Assembly: GCA_039920345.1 (NCBI GenBank)
Contig: JBDSDZ010000036.1
Coordinates: 6,827 to 70,826 of the forward strand
Length of the DNA: 64,000 bases
Direction of reading: 5' to 3'
DNA from: Croceibacterium sp.
Lineage (GTDB): Bacteria > Pseudomonadota > Alphaproteobacteria > Sphingomonadales > Sphingomonadaceae
Each line of letters opens with the position of its first letter. Position 1 is the first letter of the stretch. This document shows positions 49,937-60,471 of the stretch, in pieces. Both the position numbers and the translations under genes were made by a program. The notes below the pieces were generated by a model. The model made no database searches. It was not told where the DNA came from and saw nothing but the letters and a program-made list of their open reading frames with translations.

Positions 49937-51607
49937 ATGGACACGCTGCGCAGCAGTTTCGGTTCGCTAGTCGCGTCCGAAGGTGAAAACCAGGAATACG
50001 AAGAGCCTGTCCGGCCTCCGGCTCCGGCGTCGATCGGCCAGGATGAGCGGCGCATGCAAGTGCGCGCCTATAACCATTGGGCAAGCCTGCTGGGCGATCG
50101 CAAGTTTCCCGCCATCGAAGACCTTGAACCCGACAGCCTGCCCGACTTCGGCCCGCACAGCGTTGTGCTCGACTTCACTGCCGGGATCAAAAACCCTGGC
50201 GTCACTTACATCGGCGAAAAGCTCGCTGAGGAATGCGACGTCGAAGGTGAAGAACTCGACACTTTGTCGGATGTGCCGACCCGTTCGCTACTGACCCGCA
50301 TCACCGATCACTACATGCAGATCCTCGCCAACCAGGCACCGATCGGTTTCGAGGCGGAGTTCGTCAACCAGCGCGGCCAGACGATCCTTTATCGCGGCAT
50401 CTTGCTGCCGTTCTCGAGCGACGATGATACCATCGATTTCATCTATGGCGTGATCAACTGGAAAGAACTGGCCGATGCCCGGGCGGCAGACGAACTGCTG
50501 CTCGAAATTGACCAGGCGCTCGAGGCGACCCCTCCTGTCGCGACCAATCGCGACGACGACTTGCCGCTGACCGACTGGGCCGATGGGCCCGGCGCGGTAG
50601 CCGCCAACGACACGGCTGACACCATGATAAACCAACTTCCGGTGCCTTCGTTCGGCTACGACGACGAGGCCGTTGCCAACGAAACAGACGAATACGTGCT
50701 GCCGGAGATGGAAGAGGACGAAGTCGGAGCCGAAGATGCGGACGCCGACGGAATCGAAGATACCGACCTCGATGTGGACGAAGACGACGACGATCTCGGC
50801 GCAGCTTACGAGGATGAGGACGAGGACGAGGAATCGGCTTCCGCCTACGGATCGTTGCTCAAGATGCCGATCGACCTGACCAAGACGGTCGAGAAAGCCG
50901 AAGTCGTGCTGCCCGATTATGACCCGTCCGAGCTGGTCGCTTTTACGGCCGAGCTGCCCGCCGAGGTATTCCCGCAGGTCTATCCAGAGCTCGATCCGGC
51001 GGACATGGAGCTCGGCGACTGGCTCATGCTGGCGCGCGACATGGCGACGGTTGCCAACAGCAGCGAAGATCGCACCCGGACCGCGCTCTATGACGCGATC
51101 GGCCGGGCCTACGATTTCTCGCTCGCGGCGCAGGATGCGCCAGGCGATTTCGAAACCCTGCTGAACGATGCCGACCTGACCGTGCAGGATCGCGCGCCGA
51201 TGACGCCGGTGGTCAAGCTCGTGTTTGGCGTGGATTACGACAAGACGCGGCTGACCGAATATGCTGCAGCCTTGAGCCATGCCCACCGGCTCGCGCTGCC
51301 TCTTGGCGGTTTGGGCGATTTCCTTGGCCGGCATGAAGGCGGGCTCAAGGGTGTGGTCAAGGCTGAGCGGCGCCTGCGCCGGGAAGACGCCGGCAAGACG
51401 GTCGAGCCGCTCGATGCGCCGCGCCAGGCACTGGCCGCCAAGCTGCGCGATATGTCGCCGCTCGGGTTCGACGCGATCACGCCTGAAGGGAGCGAATTCG
51501 CGTTGGTGATGATCCGCCGGAACCAAACCGGCGACGTGGTCATGCTCGGTGAAGTGCCCGAAGACATTGCCCTGCTCGAGCGTGCCGCACGCCGCCTGAT
51601 TGGCTGA
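49937..51607 (+). CDS. Hypothetical protein: PAS-like N-terminal domain, long acidic linker, helical C-terminal domain
   Basis: 556 aa with host-like codon usage; Asp/Glu-rich tract in the middle. Confidence 0.8.
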   Translation: MDTLRSSFGSLVASEGENQEYEEPVRPPAPASIGQDERRMQVRAYNHWASLLGDRKFPAIEDLEPDSLPDFGPHSVVLDFTAGIKNPGVTYIGEKLAEECDVEGEELDTLSDVPTRSLLTRITDHYMQILANQAPIGFEAEFVNQRGQTILYRGILLPFSSDDDTIDFIYGVINWKELADARAADELLLEIDQALEATPPVATNRDDDLPLTDWADGPGAVAANDTADTMINQLPVPSFGYDDEAVANETDEYVLPEMEEDEVGAEDADADGIEDTDLDVDEDDDDLGAAYEDEDEDEESASAYGSLLKMPIDLTKTVEKAEVVLPDYDPSELVAFTAELPAEVFPQVYPELDPADMELGDWLMLARDMATVANSSEDRTRTALYDAIGRAYDFSLAAQDAPGDFETLLNDADLTVQDRAPMTPVVKLVFGVDYDKTRLTEYAAALSHAHRLALPLGGLGDFLGRHEGGLKGVVKAERRLRREDAGKTVEPLDAPRQALAAKLRDMSPLGFDAITPEGSEFALVMIRRNQTGDVVMLGEVPEDIALLERAARRLIG

Positions 51608-51673
51608 CGACTGCCGCACAATCGCAAGGTCTTCAGTTCCGGTTCAGGCCGGAATGCGCTAGCGAGCGTTTCG

Positions 51674-53044
51674 ATGACCCGGCTTTTCCGCTCTTTCGTC
51701 AGCCTCTTTGCATGGACCGCGCTGCTCGGATTTATCGCGCAGCCGGTTGCGGCTCAAGCGGTGCTGCGCGACGCCGAGACCGAAGCCCTGCTGCAGGACA
51801 TGATGGACCCGCTAACCCAGGCCGCGGGGCTGCCTAAGGGGGCGGTTCAGGTGGTCCTGCTGCAGGATAACTCGATCAACGCATTTGTCGCCAATGGGCA
51901 GAAAATCTACATCCTGTCGGGTCTGATCAATACCGCCGCCAGCGCGAACGAAGTTCAGGGTGTGCTGGCGCACGAACTTGGCCACATCATCGGTGGTCAC
52001 GCCATCAGCGTCTATCAGGGTGCCGGCAAGGCAGGCAAAATTCAGCTGCTTTCCCTGCTGGTCGGCGTTGCGGCGGCGCTCGCGGGTGCTCCGGCAGATG
52101 CCGCGATGGGAGCGATTGCCCTGGGCCAGCAAGCCGCTCTCGGTTCGTTCCTGCAGTTCAGCCGGACCCAGGAATCAAGCGCGGACGCGGCCAGCGTCAG
52201 CTTCCTGTCCAAAGCCGGTATCACGGGCCGTGGCTCGATCGCGTTTTTCGAGAAATTGCAGAACTTCGAATTTCGCTACGGCGTGAGCCAGAGTGAGGAA
52301 GCCGGATTTGCCAGCACCCACCCACTGGTGGGGGATCGCATTTCGCGACTGGAAGCGGATTTCAAGAACGATGCGGCGTGGGATACGCCACCAGACCCCC
52401 AGCTCCAGGCGCGTTTCGAGCGGGTCAAGGCCAAGCTTTACGGCTACGTTGCCGAACCGGCGCAGACCTTGAACGCTTATCCTGCCTACCTGACGTCAGT
52501 GCCTGCCCGTTACGCGCGGGCCTATGCCTATCACAAGCAATCCAAAATGACCGAGGCGCTGGCGGAAGTGGACGCCCTTCTCGCCACCGCGCCCAACGAC
52601 CCCTACTTCCTCGAGATGAAGGGCCAGGTGCTGCTCGAATCGGGCCGTCCCACCGATGCGCTGGCGCCTTTGCGAACCGCGACCGAATTGTCGGGCAATG
52701 CCCCGCTGATCGCCAGCACCTTTGGACTGGCCCTGCTCGCAACCGAAGACAGCGGAAATCTGGACGAAGCCGAACAAGTGCTCAAGACGGCGGTCGGCCG
52801 CGACCGCGAAAATCCGATGGCGTGGTACCAGCTCGGTCTGGTCTACGGCGAACGCGGCGACATTCCCCGGGCGCAGCTGGCCAGCGCCGAGCAGCAGATC
52901 ATGAGCGACCAGCCGCGCGAGGCGTTGCAGAACGCCGAGGCGGCCGAACGCTCGCTGCCGACTGGCACGCCAGACTGGATTCGCGCGCAGGATGTGGCGC
53001 TGCAGGCGCGCGCAGAGCTTGAACGCAGTCGCGACCGCAACTAG
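51674..53044 (+). CDS. M48 family metalloprotease with TPR repeats (BepA-like)
   Basis: INAF, LAHELGH, SR.QE..AD, STHP. Confidence 0.93.
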   Translation: MTRLFRSFVSLFAWTALLGFIAQPVAAQAVLRDAETEALLQDMMDPLTQAAGLPKGAVQVVLLQDNSINAFVANGQKIYILSGLINTAASANEVQGVLAHELGHIIGGHAISVYQGAGKAGKIQLLSLLVGVAAALAGAPADAAMGAIALGQQAALGSFLQFSRTQESSADAASVSFLSKAGITGRGSIAFFEKLQNFEFRYGVSQSEEAGFASTHPLVGDRISRLEADFKNDAAWDTPPDPQLQARFERVKAKLYGYVAEPAQTLNAYPAYLTSVPARYARAYAYHKQSKMTEALAEVDALLATAPNDPYFLEMKGQVLLESGRPTDALAPLRTATELSGNAPLIASTFGLALLATEDSGNLDEAEQVLKTAVGRDRENPMAWYQLGLVYGERGDIPRAQLASAEQQIMSDQPREALQNAEAAERSLPTGTPDWIRAQDVALQARAELERSRDRN

Positions 53045-53053
53045 CAGTGTGTG

Positions 53054-53746
53054 ATGCGCTGGTTTCTTACTCTGATTATCGCCCTTGCCGCCGGTTTCGC
53101 CGGAGCGGCGCTGTGGGATGTCACCGGGCTCGGCGATAAATCGACCCGCGCCTACCTGCTGTCGAACCCCGAAGTCCTGCCCGAAGCGATGGACGTGCTC
53201 CAACGGCGCGAACAGATATCGCGCATTGGCCCGCTCCGTAGCGAGCTTGAAACACCTTTCCCCGGCGCCGTGCTCGGCAATCCGGCGGGCAAGGTGACGC
53301 TGGTCGAATTCAGCGACTATGCCTGCACGTATTGCCGCCAGAGCGTAGCTGACGTCGCCTCGCTGATTGCCAGCAATCCTGACTTGCGCGTGGTCGTGCG
53401 CGAATATCCGATCCTGTCACCGGGCAGCGTCGATGCGGCCCGCATGGCGCTGGCGGCAGCCCAGCAGGGCAAGTATCCCGGCTTCCATGACGCCATGTAT
53501 CGGCTTGGTCCACCGAGCGACCAGACGATCCAGGCCGCGGCCACCGAGGCTGGGGTCGATCTTGCCCGGGCGCGCACGCTGATCGCCAGTGGCGAACTCG
53601 ACCGCCAGTTGCAGGGCAATGCAGCAATGGCGCAGCAACTCGGCATCTCTGGCACCCCGGGCTGGGTGGTCGGCGACCAGGCGCTTAACGGCGCCTTGGG
53701 CAAGGATGCCCTGGGCAAAGCCATCGAGGAGGCTCGCCCGTCCTGA
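53054..53746 (+). CDS. DsbA family thiol-disulfide oxidoreductase
   Basis: EFSDYACTYC, GISGTP. Confidence 0.92.
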   Translation: MRWFLTLIIALAAGFAGAALWDVTGLGDKSTRAYLLSNPEVLPEAMDVLQRREQISRIGPLRSELETPFPGAVLGNPAGKVTLVEFSDYACTYCRQSVADVASLIASNPDLRVVVREYPILSPGSVDAARMALAAAQQGKYPGFHDAMYRLGPPSDQTIQAAATEAGVDLARARTLIASGELDRQLQGNAAMAQQLGISGTPGWVVGDQALNGALGKDALGKAIEEARPS

Positions 53747-53823
53747 AGCTGCCCCTGCCCTTCACGCGTCCGGCCGCTGCCAGAACCGCGAAGCCCCGGG
53801 CGACAAGTGCTGCCATCGGGTCG

Positions 53824-55029
53824 ATGGCGATGCTGCCGTTCCGCCCCGCCCCTTTCTTTGCCGACAAGGACCAGGCCTTCTGGCGCTTGCAGTTCATCGG
53901 CTGGGGCGGCGCCATGGTCCTGCGCGCGGTGACCAACATCGCCAACGGCAAGCCGATCGATTACCTCGTCACCACGCTGATCGCGACGATCACTGGTTTT
54001 TCCATCAGCCTGATCCTGTCGGTGGTTTACGGGCGCCTGATCAACCGACGGCCAATCATCACCTGGGGCGTGACCGCCCTGGCGTTGGCGGTAGCGGTCA
54101 TCGTCTCGGCCACCATCACCGGCTGGACCTTCAGCCTCTACCAGGGCGGCGTCGAAGGCAGCTTTGCTTCGCTGGTCCTGGGTGTGTTCTATCTCGACAT
54201 GACCCTGCTCGGTGCGTGGTCGGCATTGTACTACGCGATCAACTTCTACCTGCAGGTGGAAGAACAGGCCGACCGGCTCGAACGGCTTGAGGCGCAGGCT
54301 ACCAGCGCTCAGCTCGCCATGCTCCGCTACCAGCTCAACCCGCATTTCTTGTTCAACACCTTGAACTCGATCAGCACTCTTGTTCTGCTCAAACAGACAG
54401 AACCTGCCAACGCGATGCTCACCCGCCTTTCCAGCTTTTTGCGCCACACACTGGTTAGCCAACCAGGCGGCAAGGTATCGATCGCGCAGGAGGTCGAGAC
54501 GCTGAAGCTCTATCTCGATATCGAGCGCATGCGCTTTGAAGAACGCTTGCGAACGGTGTTCCGGATCGAGCCTGCGGCCGCCAATGCGGCAGTGCCGTCG
54601 TTGTTGCTCCAGCCGCTGGTCGAAAACGCCATCAAATACGCGGTCTCGCCGCAGGAGGAAGGCGCGCGGATCAGCCTGACCGCGCAAGCGATCGGTGCCC
54701 GCCTTCGCGTAACCGTGGCCGACACCGGGCCAGGCATGCAGACGCAGGCCACGGCCGCGCAAGTCAGCGACCGGATGTCGGGTGAAGGCCGCACGGTCTC
54801 CACCGGAGTTGGTCTGGCGAACATCCGCGACCGGCTGGCGCAAGCCTATGGCGACGACCATCGATTTGAAATCCTTACCCCGCCGGAAGGCGGATTCACC
54901 GTGATCATCGAGATTCCTTACGAGGTGCTCCAAGATCCTGCCGCCGCCAGTGCGGCGCCGCTGAAACCGACCGGCTCCCTGTCGGTTATAGATTTGCCCG
55001 GCCAGCGGGCATTGGGAACCCATGCATGA
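53824..55029 (+). CDS. LytS-type sensor histidine kinase
   Basis: QLNPHFLFNTLN, LQPLVENAIK, GVGL.NIR.RL. Confidence 0.95.
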   Translation: MAMLPFRPAPFFADKDQAFWRLQFIGWGGAMVLRAVTNIANGKPIDYLVTTLIATITGFSISLILSVVYGRLINRRPIITWGVTALALAVAVIVSATITGWTFSLYQGGVEGSFASLVLGVFYLDMTLLGAWSALYYAINFYLQVEEQADRLERLEAQATSAQLAMLRYQLNPHFLFNTLNSISTLVLLKQTEPANAMLTRLSSFLRHTLVSQPGGKVSIAQEVETLKLYLDIERMRFEERLRTVFRIEPAAANAAVPSLLLQPLVENAIKYAVSPQEEGARISLTAQAIGARLRVTVADTGPGMQTQATAAQVSDRMSGEGRTVSTGVGLANIRDRLAQAYGDDHRFEILTPPEGGFTVIIEIPYEVLQDPAAASAAPLKPTGSLSVIDLPGQRALGTHA

Positions 55030-55820
55030 CTATTCGCACCCTCCTCGTCGATGATGAGAAACTCGCCATCCAGGGGCTCCAGCTGCGGCTCGAGCCTTAT
55101 GCCGACGTCGAGATCATCGGGACGTGCGCCAACGGGCGCGAGGCGATCCGCGCGATCAAGACCGAAAAGCCGGATCTCGTGTTCCTCGATATCCAGATGC
55201 CCGGGTTTGACGGATTCTCGGTGGTCAAAGGCGTCATGGAGCTTGAGCCCCCGCTATTCGTGTTCGTCACTGCCTATGAAGAGCACGCGATTCGCGCGTT
55301 CGAGGCCAATGCAGTCAACTACCTGATGAAGCCGGTCGACGAGGACAAGCTCGCCGACACGCTCGACCGGGTGCGCACGCGGCTGGCAGAAAAGCGCGGC
55401 GCGGAAGAAGTCCGCAAGTTGCAGGACGTGCTCGCCGAAGTCGCCCCGGACGCGATGGAAAACATGCCGACCGACGACGAGTCCATCGCGCGCTATGAAA
55501 AGATGATCAACATCAAGGATCGCGGGCAGATATTCCGCGTCGATGTCGATTCGATCGAGCACATCGAAGCCGCTGGCGATTACATGTGCATCTACACCGG
55601 CGACAATTCGCTGATCCTGCGCGAAACAATGAAGGACCTCGAACGCCGGCTCGATCCCCGGGTGTTCCAGCGCGTCCACCGTTCGACCATCGTCAATCTC
55701 GACCAGGTTCACCAGGTCAAGCCGCACACCAATGGCGAGTGCTTCCTGGTCCTCGGCTCGGGCGCCGAGGTCAAGGTGAGCCGCTCCTACCGTGATGTAG
55801 TGGCCCGCTTCGTTCATTGA
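55026..55820 (+). CDS. LytTR family response regulator
   Basis: VDDE, FLDIQMP, F.RVHRS.IVN. Confidence 0.95.
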   Translation: MTIRTLLVDDEKLAIQGLQLRLEPYADVEIIGTCANGREAIRAIKTEKPDLVFLDIQMPGFDGFSVVKGVMELEPPLFVFVTAYEEHAIRAFEANAVNYLMKPVDEDKLADTLDRVRTRLAEKRGAEEVRKLQDVLAEVAPDAMENMPTDDESIARYEKMINIKDRGQIFRVDVDSIEHIEAAGDYMCIYTGDNSLILRETMKDLERRLDPRVFQRVHRSTIVNLDQVHQVKPHTNGECFLVLGSGAEVKVSRSYRDVVARFVH

Positions 55821-55837
55821 CCGAAGCGGAGGGGGCA

Positions 55838-56701
55838 ATGGGCACGTGGCGGCTCGACGGCTTCGACCTTAAGCAATTCGTGCGCGATACGCTGGCTGAA
55901 GACCTTGGCGTGGGGCTTCCAGGTGGCGGGCATGACGTCACGGCGGAAAGCGTCATCCCGGCGGACGCGCGCTTTTCCGGGGTGATGGACAGCCGCGACG
56001 CCATCGTCGTGGCCGGCTTGCCGATAGCCGCGGCCTTCTTCCGCCATCTCGACCCAGGCATTTCGATCGAGCTGCTGGTCGATGAGGGGGCCAAAGTTCC
56101 CGCCGGCAGCGATCTGATGCGCCTGACCGGCAACGCCCGCGCGCTGCTGACAGCAGAGCGAAGCGCGCTCAACACGGTGCAGCATCTTTCCGGCATCGCG
56201 ACCATGACCCAAAAATATGTCCAGGCAATGGGCGAAACGGATTGCGTGCTGCTCGACACGCGCAAGACTCTTCCCGGACTGCGCCACCTCGAAAAATACG
56301 CCACCCGGCAAGGCGGGGCACAGAACCACCGCATGGGCCTGTGGGATGCGGCGATGATCAAGGACAACCACATCCTCGTCGCCGGCGGCGTCGCCGAAGC
56401 GGTGCGCCGGGCGCGCGATGCCGGGGTCGCTCGGATCATCTGCGAAGTGGACCGGATCGACCAGATCGAACTGGCGCTGGCAGCCGGCGCAAGCCACCTG
56501 CTGCTCGACAACATGGACGTTGCGACCTTGTGCGACGCGGTGGCCTTGGTGGCCGGCCGTGTGCCGACCGAAGCTTCGGGCGGCGTCAGGCTCGACACGA
56601 TCGGCACCATCGCCGCCAGCGGGGTCGACTTCGTCTCCGTCGGCCGCCTGACCCAGAGCGCGCCTGCGGCCGACATCGGGCTCGACTTCACACCGCTGTG
56701 A
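55838..56701 (+). CDS. nadC: Nicotinate-nucleotide diphosphorylase (carboxylating)
   Basis: DTRKT.PGLR, NHRMGL.DA.MIKDNH, LLDNM, EASGG. Confidence 0.96.
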   Translation: MGTWRLDGFDLKQFVRDTLAEDLGVGLPGGGHDVTAESVIPADARFSGVMDSRDAIVVAGLPIAAAFFRHLDPGISIELLVDEGAKVPAGSDLMRLTGNARALLTAERSALNTVQHLSGIATMTQKYVQAMGETDCVLLDTRKTLPGLRHLEKYATRQGGAQNHRMGLWDAAMIKDNHILVAGGVAEAVRRARDAGVARIICEVDRIDQIELALAAGASHLLLDNMDVATLCDAVALVAGRVPTEASGGVRLDTIGTIAASGVDFVSVGRLTQSAPAADIGLDFTPL

Positions 56702-57405
56702 GGGCCGCGTTTGTCTGGCTGGCGCTGCTCGTTGCAATCCCTGGGCAAGCCGCAGCTCAAGCCTATCAATGCCGCATCCCCACCGGACCGATCTCGGTCC
56801 CAACGGTACAGCAGAACGAACCGGCGCGCCGCGTGCCCATCACCGGCTATACCCTGTCGCTCACCTGGTCGCCGGAATACTGCCGCGGGCGCGAGAACCG
56901 GGCAGCCGACAGCCTGCAATGCTCCGGCCACGGCGGACGCTTCGGGTTTGTCGCGCATGGCTTGTGGCCCGAAGGGCGCGGCAGCAACTGGCCGCAGTGG
57001 TGCCCGGCAGCGCGCGCCCTGACCAGCCGCGAACTGGCGCGCAACTTGTGCATGACGCCCTCGGCAGGGCTGTTAGCCAACGAATGGGCCAAGCACGGCG
57101 CCTGCATGGCGCAACGCCCCGAAACCTATTTTCACACCCAGCGCGCGCTGTGGAACAGCCTGCGCTGGCCCGACTTCGACCGCCTGTCGCGCGACGACAC
57201 CCTGACCGTCGGCGCAATCCGTCAGGCCTTTGCCGATGCCAATCCGCGCTGGCGGCCCGCCGATGTAGGCGTCGGCGTTAACGAGCGCGGCTGGCTGACC
57301 GAGCTTCGGCTTTGCTACAATGCCAGCTTGCGCCCGGTGGCCTGCGACGTGCGGCGCAAGGGCCCACGCGATTCGTCGGGCGTGACTATCTGGCGCGGTC
57401 TCTAG
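56698..57405 (+). CDS. Ribonuclease T2 family, secreted
   Basis: L.L.WSP.YC, HGLWP, EW.KHG.C; GTG overlaps the nadC stop. Confidence 0.92.
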   Translation: MRAAFVWLALLVAIPGQAAAQAYQCRIPTGPISVPTVQQNEPARRVPITGYTLSLTWSPEYCRGRENRAADSLQCSGHGGRFGFVAHGLWPEGRGSNWPQWCPAARALTSRELARNLCMTPSAGLLANEWAKHGACMAQRPETYFHTQRALWNSLRWPDFDRLSRDDTLTVGAIRQAFADANPRWRPADVGVGVNERGWLTELRLCYNASLRPVACDVRRKGPRDSSGVTIWRGL

Positions 57406-57857
57406 CGCCGCGCGGCGAAGAAATCGCGCAGCACTGCTGCTGCTGCTGCTTCCCCGATCCCGGAATAGACCTCGGGCCGATGCAGGCATTGCGGCTGGTC
57501 GAATACTTTGGCGCCGTGCTCCACCGCGCCGCCCTTGGGATCGGGCGCCCCGTAATAAACCCGGGCGATGCGGGCGTGGGCAATCGCGCCGGCGCACATT
57601 GCGCACGGTTCCAGCGTGACCCACAATTCGCATCCTTCGAGCCGCTCGCTACCGAGCGCGGCGGCGGCTTTGCGGATGGCGAGCATCTCGGCGTGCGCGG
57701 TGGGATCGGCCAGCGTCCGCGGCGCATTGTGTGCCTCGGCCACGATTGCGCCGTCCTTGACCACGACCGCGCCGACCGGCACTTCGCCCAGCCGCACGGC
57801 TTCGCCCGCCAGTTCCAGCGCGCGTGCCATTGGCGGGGGGAGCGGCCAGCGGGTCAT
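57402..57857 (-). CDS. tadA: tRNA adenosine deaminase
   Basis: GEVPVGAV, AHAE, TLEPC.MC. Confidence 0.92.
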   Translation of the reverse strand: MTRWPLPPPMARALELAGEAVRLGEVPVGAVVVKDGAIVAEAHNAPRTLADPTAHAEMLAIRKAAAALGSERLEGCELWVTLEPCAMCAGAIAHARIARVYYGAPDPKGGAVEHGAKVFDQPQCLHRPEVYSGIGEAAAAAVLRDFFAARR

Positions 57858-57959
57858 CCCTCGGCGCTAGGGGCCAAGATCGGTTGACGCAAGCAGTCCT
57901 CGCCGCTATGCGCGCCGCTTTCCAAGACACCCCGTAAGCTTCGATTTCGAGAGAAAACC

Positions 57960-58247
57960 ATGTCGCGTATTTGCGAATTGACCGGCAAGAGCCGCCAGGT
58001 TGGCCACAATGTGAGCCACGCCAACAACAAGACCAAGCGGGTCTTCCTGCCCAACCTGCAGAACGTCACACTGCTGTCAGAGAAGCTCGACCGCAGCTTC
58101 AAGTTCCGCGTGTCGACGCAGGGCCTGCGTTCGGTGGAACATAACGGCGGGCTGGATAACTGGCTGCTCAAGACGTCGGACGAAAAGCTCAGCGCGCGCG
58201 CCGTTAAGGTGAAGCGCGAGCTCAAGAAGGTTGGCGAAGCCGCCTGA
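57960..58247 (+). CDS. rpmB: 50S ribosomal protein L28
   Basis: [10 protein letters not shown]...[15 protein letters not shown]. Confidence 0.98.
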   Translation: MSRICELTGKSRQVGHNVSHANNKTKRVFLPNLQNVTLLSEKLDRSFKFRVSTQGLRSVEHNGGLDNWLLKTSDEKLSARAVKVKRELKKVGEAA

Positions 58248-58279
58248 GCCCTGCGGCGCCCGCGGGCACCGAGCAAGAT

Positions 58280-59281
58280 TTACGAAGGCGCGCGGCTCGT
58301 TCCGCGCGCTTTTTCGTTGGGGTGCCAGACAAGCTTCATCAGCAAGGTGCGCTGCAGTTTCAGGCGATTGTCGTCCGAAATGAGCCAGATTACCATACTT
58401 CCGCGCGCGCCCCGCTCAACCGCCAGCCCTTCATAGTTTTCGGTCGGAAGCGGTTCGCGAATCGCGAAGACTTCTTTCGCCGCCCAGACTTCGCCCGCCC
58501 GGATCTGCGCCGGGTCGGCCGCCATCAACAGGGATTCGAACCGGGGCGGGAAAGCCCACAGCGCGCGCCTTAGCAGGATCAAGACGCGGCCATCGGGCAC
58601 CTGCACGGCATCGACGGGTCGGAAACCCCTGGGCGGCGTGAAACTGAATTCGATGGGCGGCGCCCCCAAGACCGGGTCAGAGGGAAACAGCAGCGCCGGA
58701 TAGGTGCTGGCAAACCAGCGCGGCGATCCCTCGGCGAGGACGATAAAGCGCCCGTCGGCCAATCGCGCGAACGATTCCGCTCCCCTGTTGGCGGGCCAGC
58801 CGCGCATCGCCGGCGGTTGGATCCAGACTTGTGCCTTGTAATCCGAATCGTGGCGCAGGATCGCATTCCAGCCTTCAAAACTGATCCAGATGTTTCCGCT
58901 CACCGGATCGCGCGCCATCCCCTCCATGTCGGGCTTTATTCGCCCGGCCACGCGCAGGCGGGCCATATAGTCCATGTAGACCGGATGCGGGGGCGTGCCC
59001 GGCGGTGCGAAGCGCAGCAGCCGTCCCGCATCGCTTACCGCAAACAGCTGTCCGCCGGGCAGCACCGCCAACGCCGAATAGCCGCCGAAATGCGTGCTAT
59101 GGCTGGTGAGTTGCCACACGCCGGAGATATCAAAATCGCCTCTCCGCGGTTCGGCTACCGCAAGGGCGTGAACCACGAGGATGGGGCGGAAATCGATGCG
59201 CGATTCGGCGAGCGAGGCATGCAGCCAGGTCCCCGGAGCCAGGCCGAGCGCAACCACAAGCAGGAGGAGGAGCCGTCGCAT
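58280..59281 (-). CDS. Esterase-like activity of phytase family protein
   Basis: FGGYSAL, D.EG, N.G.E, NYEG, ISDDN...QRTLL. Confidence 0.85.
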   Translation of the reverse strand: MRRLLLLLVVALGLAPGTWLHASLAESRIDFRPILVVHALAVAEPRRGDFDISGVWQLTSHSTHFGGYSALAVLPGGQLFAVSDAGRLLRFAPPGTPPHPVYMDYMARLRVAGRIKPDMEGMARDPVSGNIWISFEGWNAILRHDSDYKAQVWIQPPAMRGWPANRGAESFARLADGRFIVLAEGSPRWFASTYPALLFPSDPVLGAPPIEFSFTPPRGFRPVDAVQVPDGRVLILLRRALWAFPPRFESLLMAADPAQIRAGEVWAAKEVFAIREPLPTENYEGLAVERGARGSMVIWLISDDNRLKLQRTLLMKLVWHPNEKARGTSRAPS

Positions 59282-59323
59282 CCGCGCAAGCGAGTCGCAA
59301 GCGCAGGGCGGGTGGTCAAGCGT

Positions 59324-60244
59324 TCAGCCCATGGGCCCTGTAAATAGCAGCGGGTCGAGCCGGGATCCGCGCCACACCAGCCCCCAGTGAAGGTGCGGCC
59401 CGGTGGCCCGCCCGGTCATGCCGATCTCGCCAAGGAGCTGGCCTTGCTTGACCACTTCGCCTTCGTGAACGAGCAGGCGCGAGCTATGCAGGAAAGCACT
59501 GCTGAGCCCCATGCCATGGTCGATAATCAGCAAGTTGCCTTCGAGCGTGAACGGCGATTCGGCTGCCAGCACCACGACCCCGTCAGCCGGTGCGACATAG
59601 GTCGTGCCGCTGCCACCGGCGATGTCGATGCCGGAATGGTAACTGCCCGGATTGCCGCGATAGATGCGCTGCGAGCCGAACAGGCCCGAAATCCGCGCCT
59701 TGATCGGCCAGATGAATTTTTGCCGCCAGCCCAAGCTTCCCGACTCGACGCTGCGGGCAGCGACGATTCGCGCCAGTTCGGGCTGGCGCCGGGCGGTGAA
59801 TTCGGCCGTCGGCACATTGGCTGTCGGCGACGCGTTGATGTTTTCAATCTGCCAGGCGCGCGGCGAGATCGAGAGCGCGCTTTCGATCGCGCGACCGTCG
59901 CGCAGCATTGCCGAGAGCGTCGCGGTCGGCTCAGCATCGCGGTCGAACGCGGCAAAGAAACTGCCGTCAGCGGCAAATTCGAGCGGTTTGTCGCCGAGCC
60001 GGGCGGTTGCGGTGCCGGCGGGAACCTGCCCCCGGATCCAGCCACCTTGTGTCAGTTCGCCGGTGTAAACGAAAGTCGCCGGCCCGGTAGGGGCCGGCAC
60101 CGTCACCGGGATTGGCGCGGGCAGCGGCTGGACCAATGCGACGGCCTGTGGCGGGCTGGCAGGCGGTTCAGGCGCCGCGACGCAGGCGGCCACAAGCAGG
60201 GCCAGGGCCATGGCCAGAATCGCCGTAAAAGCGGCGCGCCTCAC
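59324..60244 (-). CDS. M23 family peptidoglycan metallopeptidase (lipoprotein)
   Basis: Lipobox VAAC; HSGID, ATGPHLH. Confidence 0.92.
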   Translation of the reverse strand: MRRAAFTAILAMALALLVAACVAAPEPPASPPQAVALVQPLPAPIPVTVPAPTGPATFVYTGELTQGGWIRGQVPAGTATARLGDKPLEFAADGSFFAAFDRDAEPTATLSAMLRDGRAIESALSISPRAWQIENINASPTANVPTAEFTARRQPELARIVAARSVESGSLGWRQKFIWPIKARISGLFGSQRIYRGNPGSYHSGIDIAGGSGTTYVAPADGVVVLAAESPFTLEGNLLIIDHGMGLSSAFLHSSRLLVHEGEVVKQGQLLGEIGMTGRATGPHLHWGLVWRGSRLDPLLFTGPMG

Positions 60245-60444
60245 GCGGTGCCATGCAGGCGGCGGGTGGCGATCTCTGGGCTGCCATAAGCTTCCTGCCG
60301 GTCGATGCTCCAATAGCGCAGCTCGTCGAGCGGGACCGGGTCGCCAGACACGGCGCACACGACATAGCGGCCCGGTTTGACCACGCGGAACCCGTTGGGT
60401 CCGTACATGAGGATAGCGGCTTGTTCGCCCGATGACATCAGCAT
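60241..60444 (-). CDS. DUF2093 domain protein
   Basis: PG.YV.CAVSG...PL.ELRYWS..RQEAY. Confidence 0.85.
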   Translation of the reverse strand: MLMSSGEQAAILMYGPNGFRVVKPGRYVVCAVSGDPVPLDELRYWSIDRQEAYGSPEIATRRLHGTA

Positions 60445-60471
60445 GGCCACCGCCTTACCAAGCGCGTCTGC

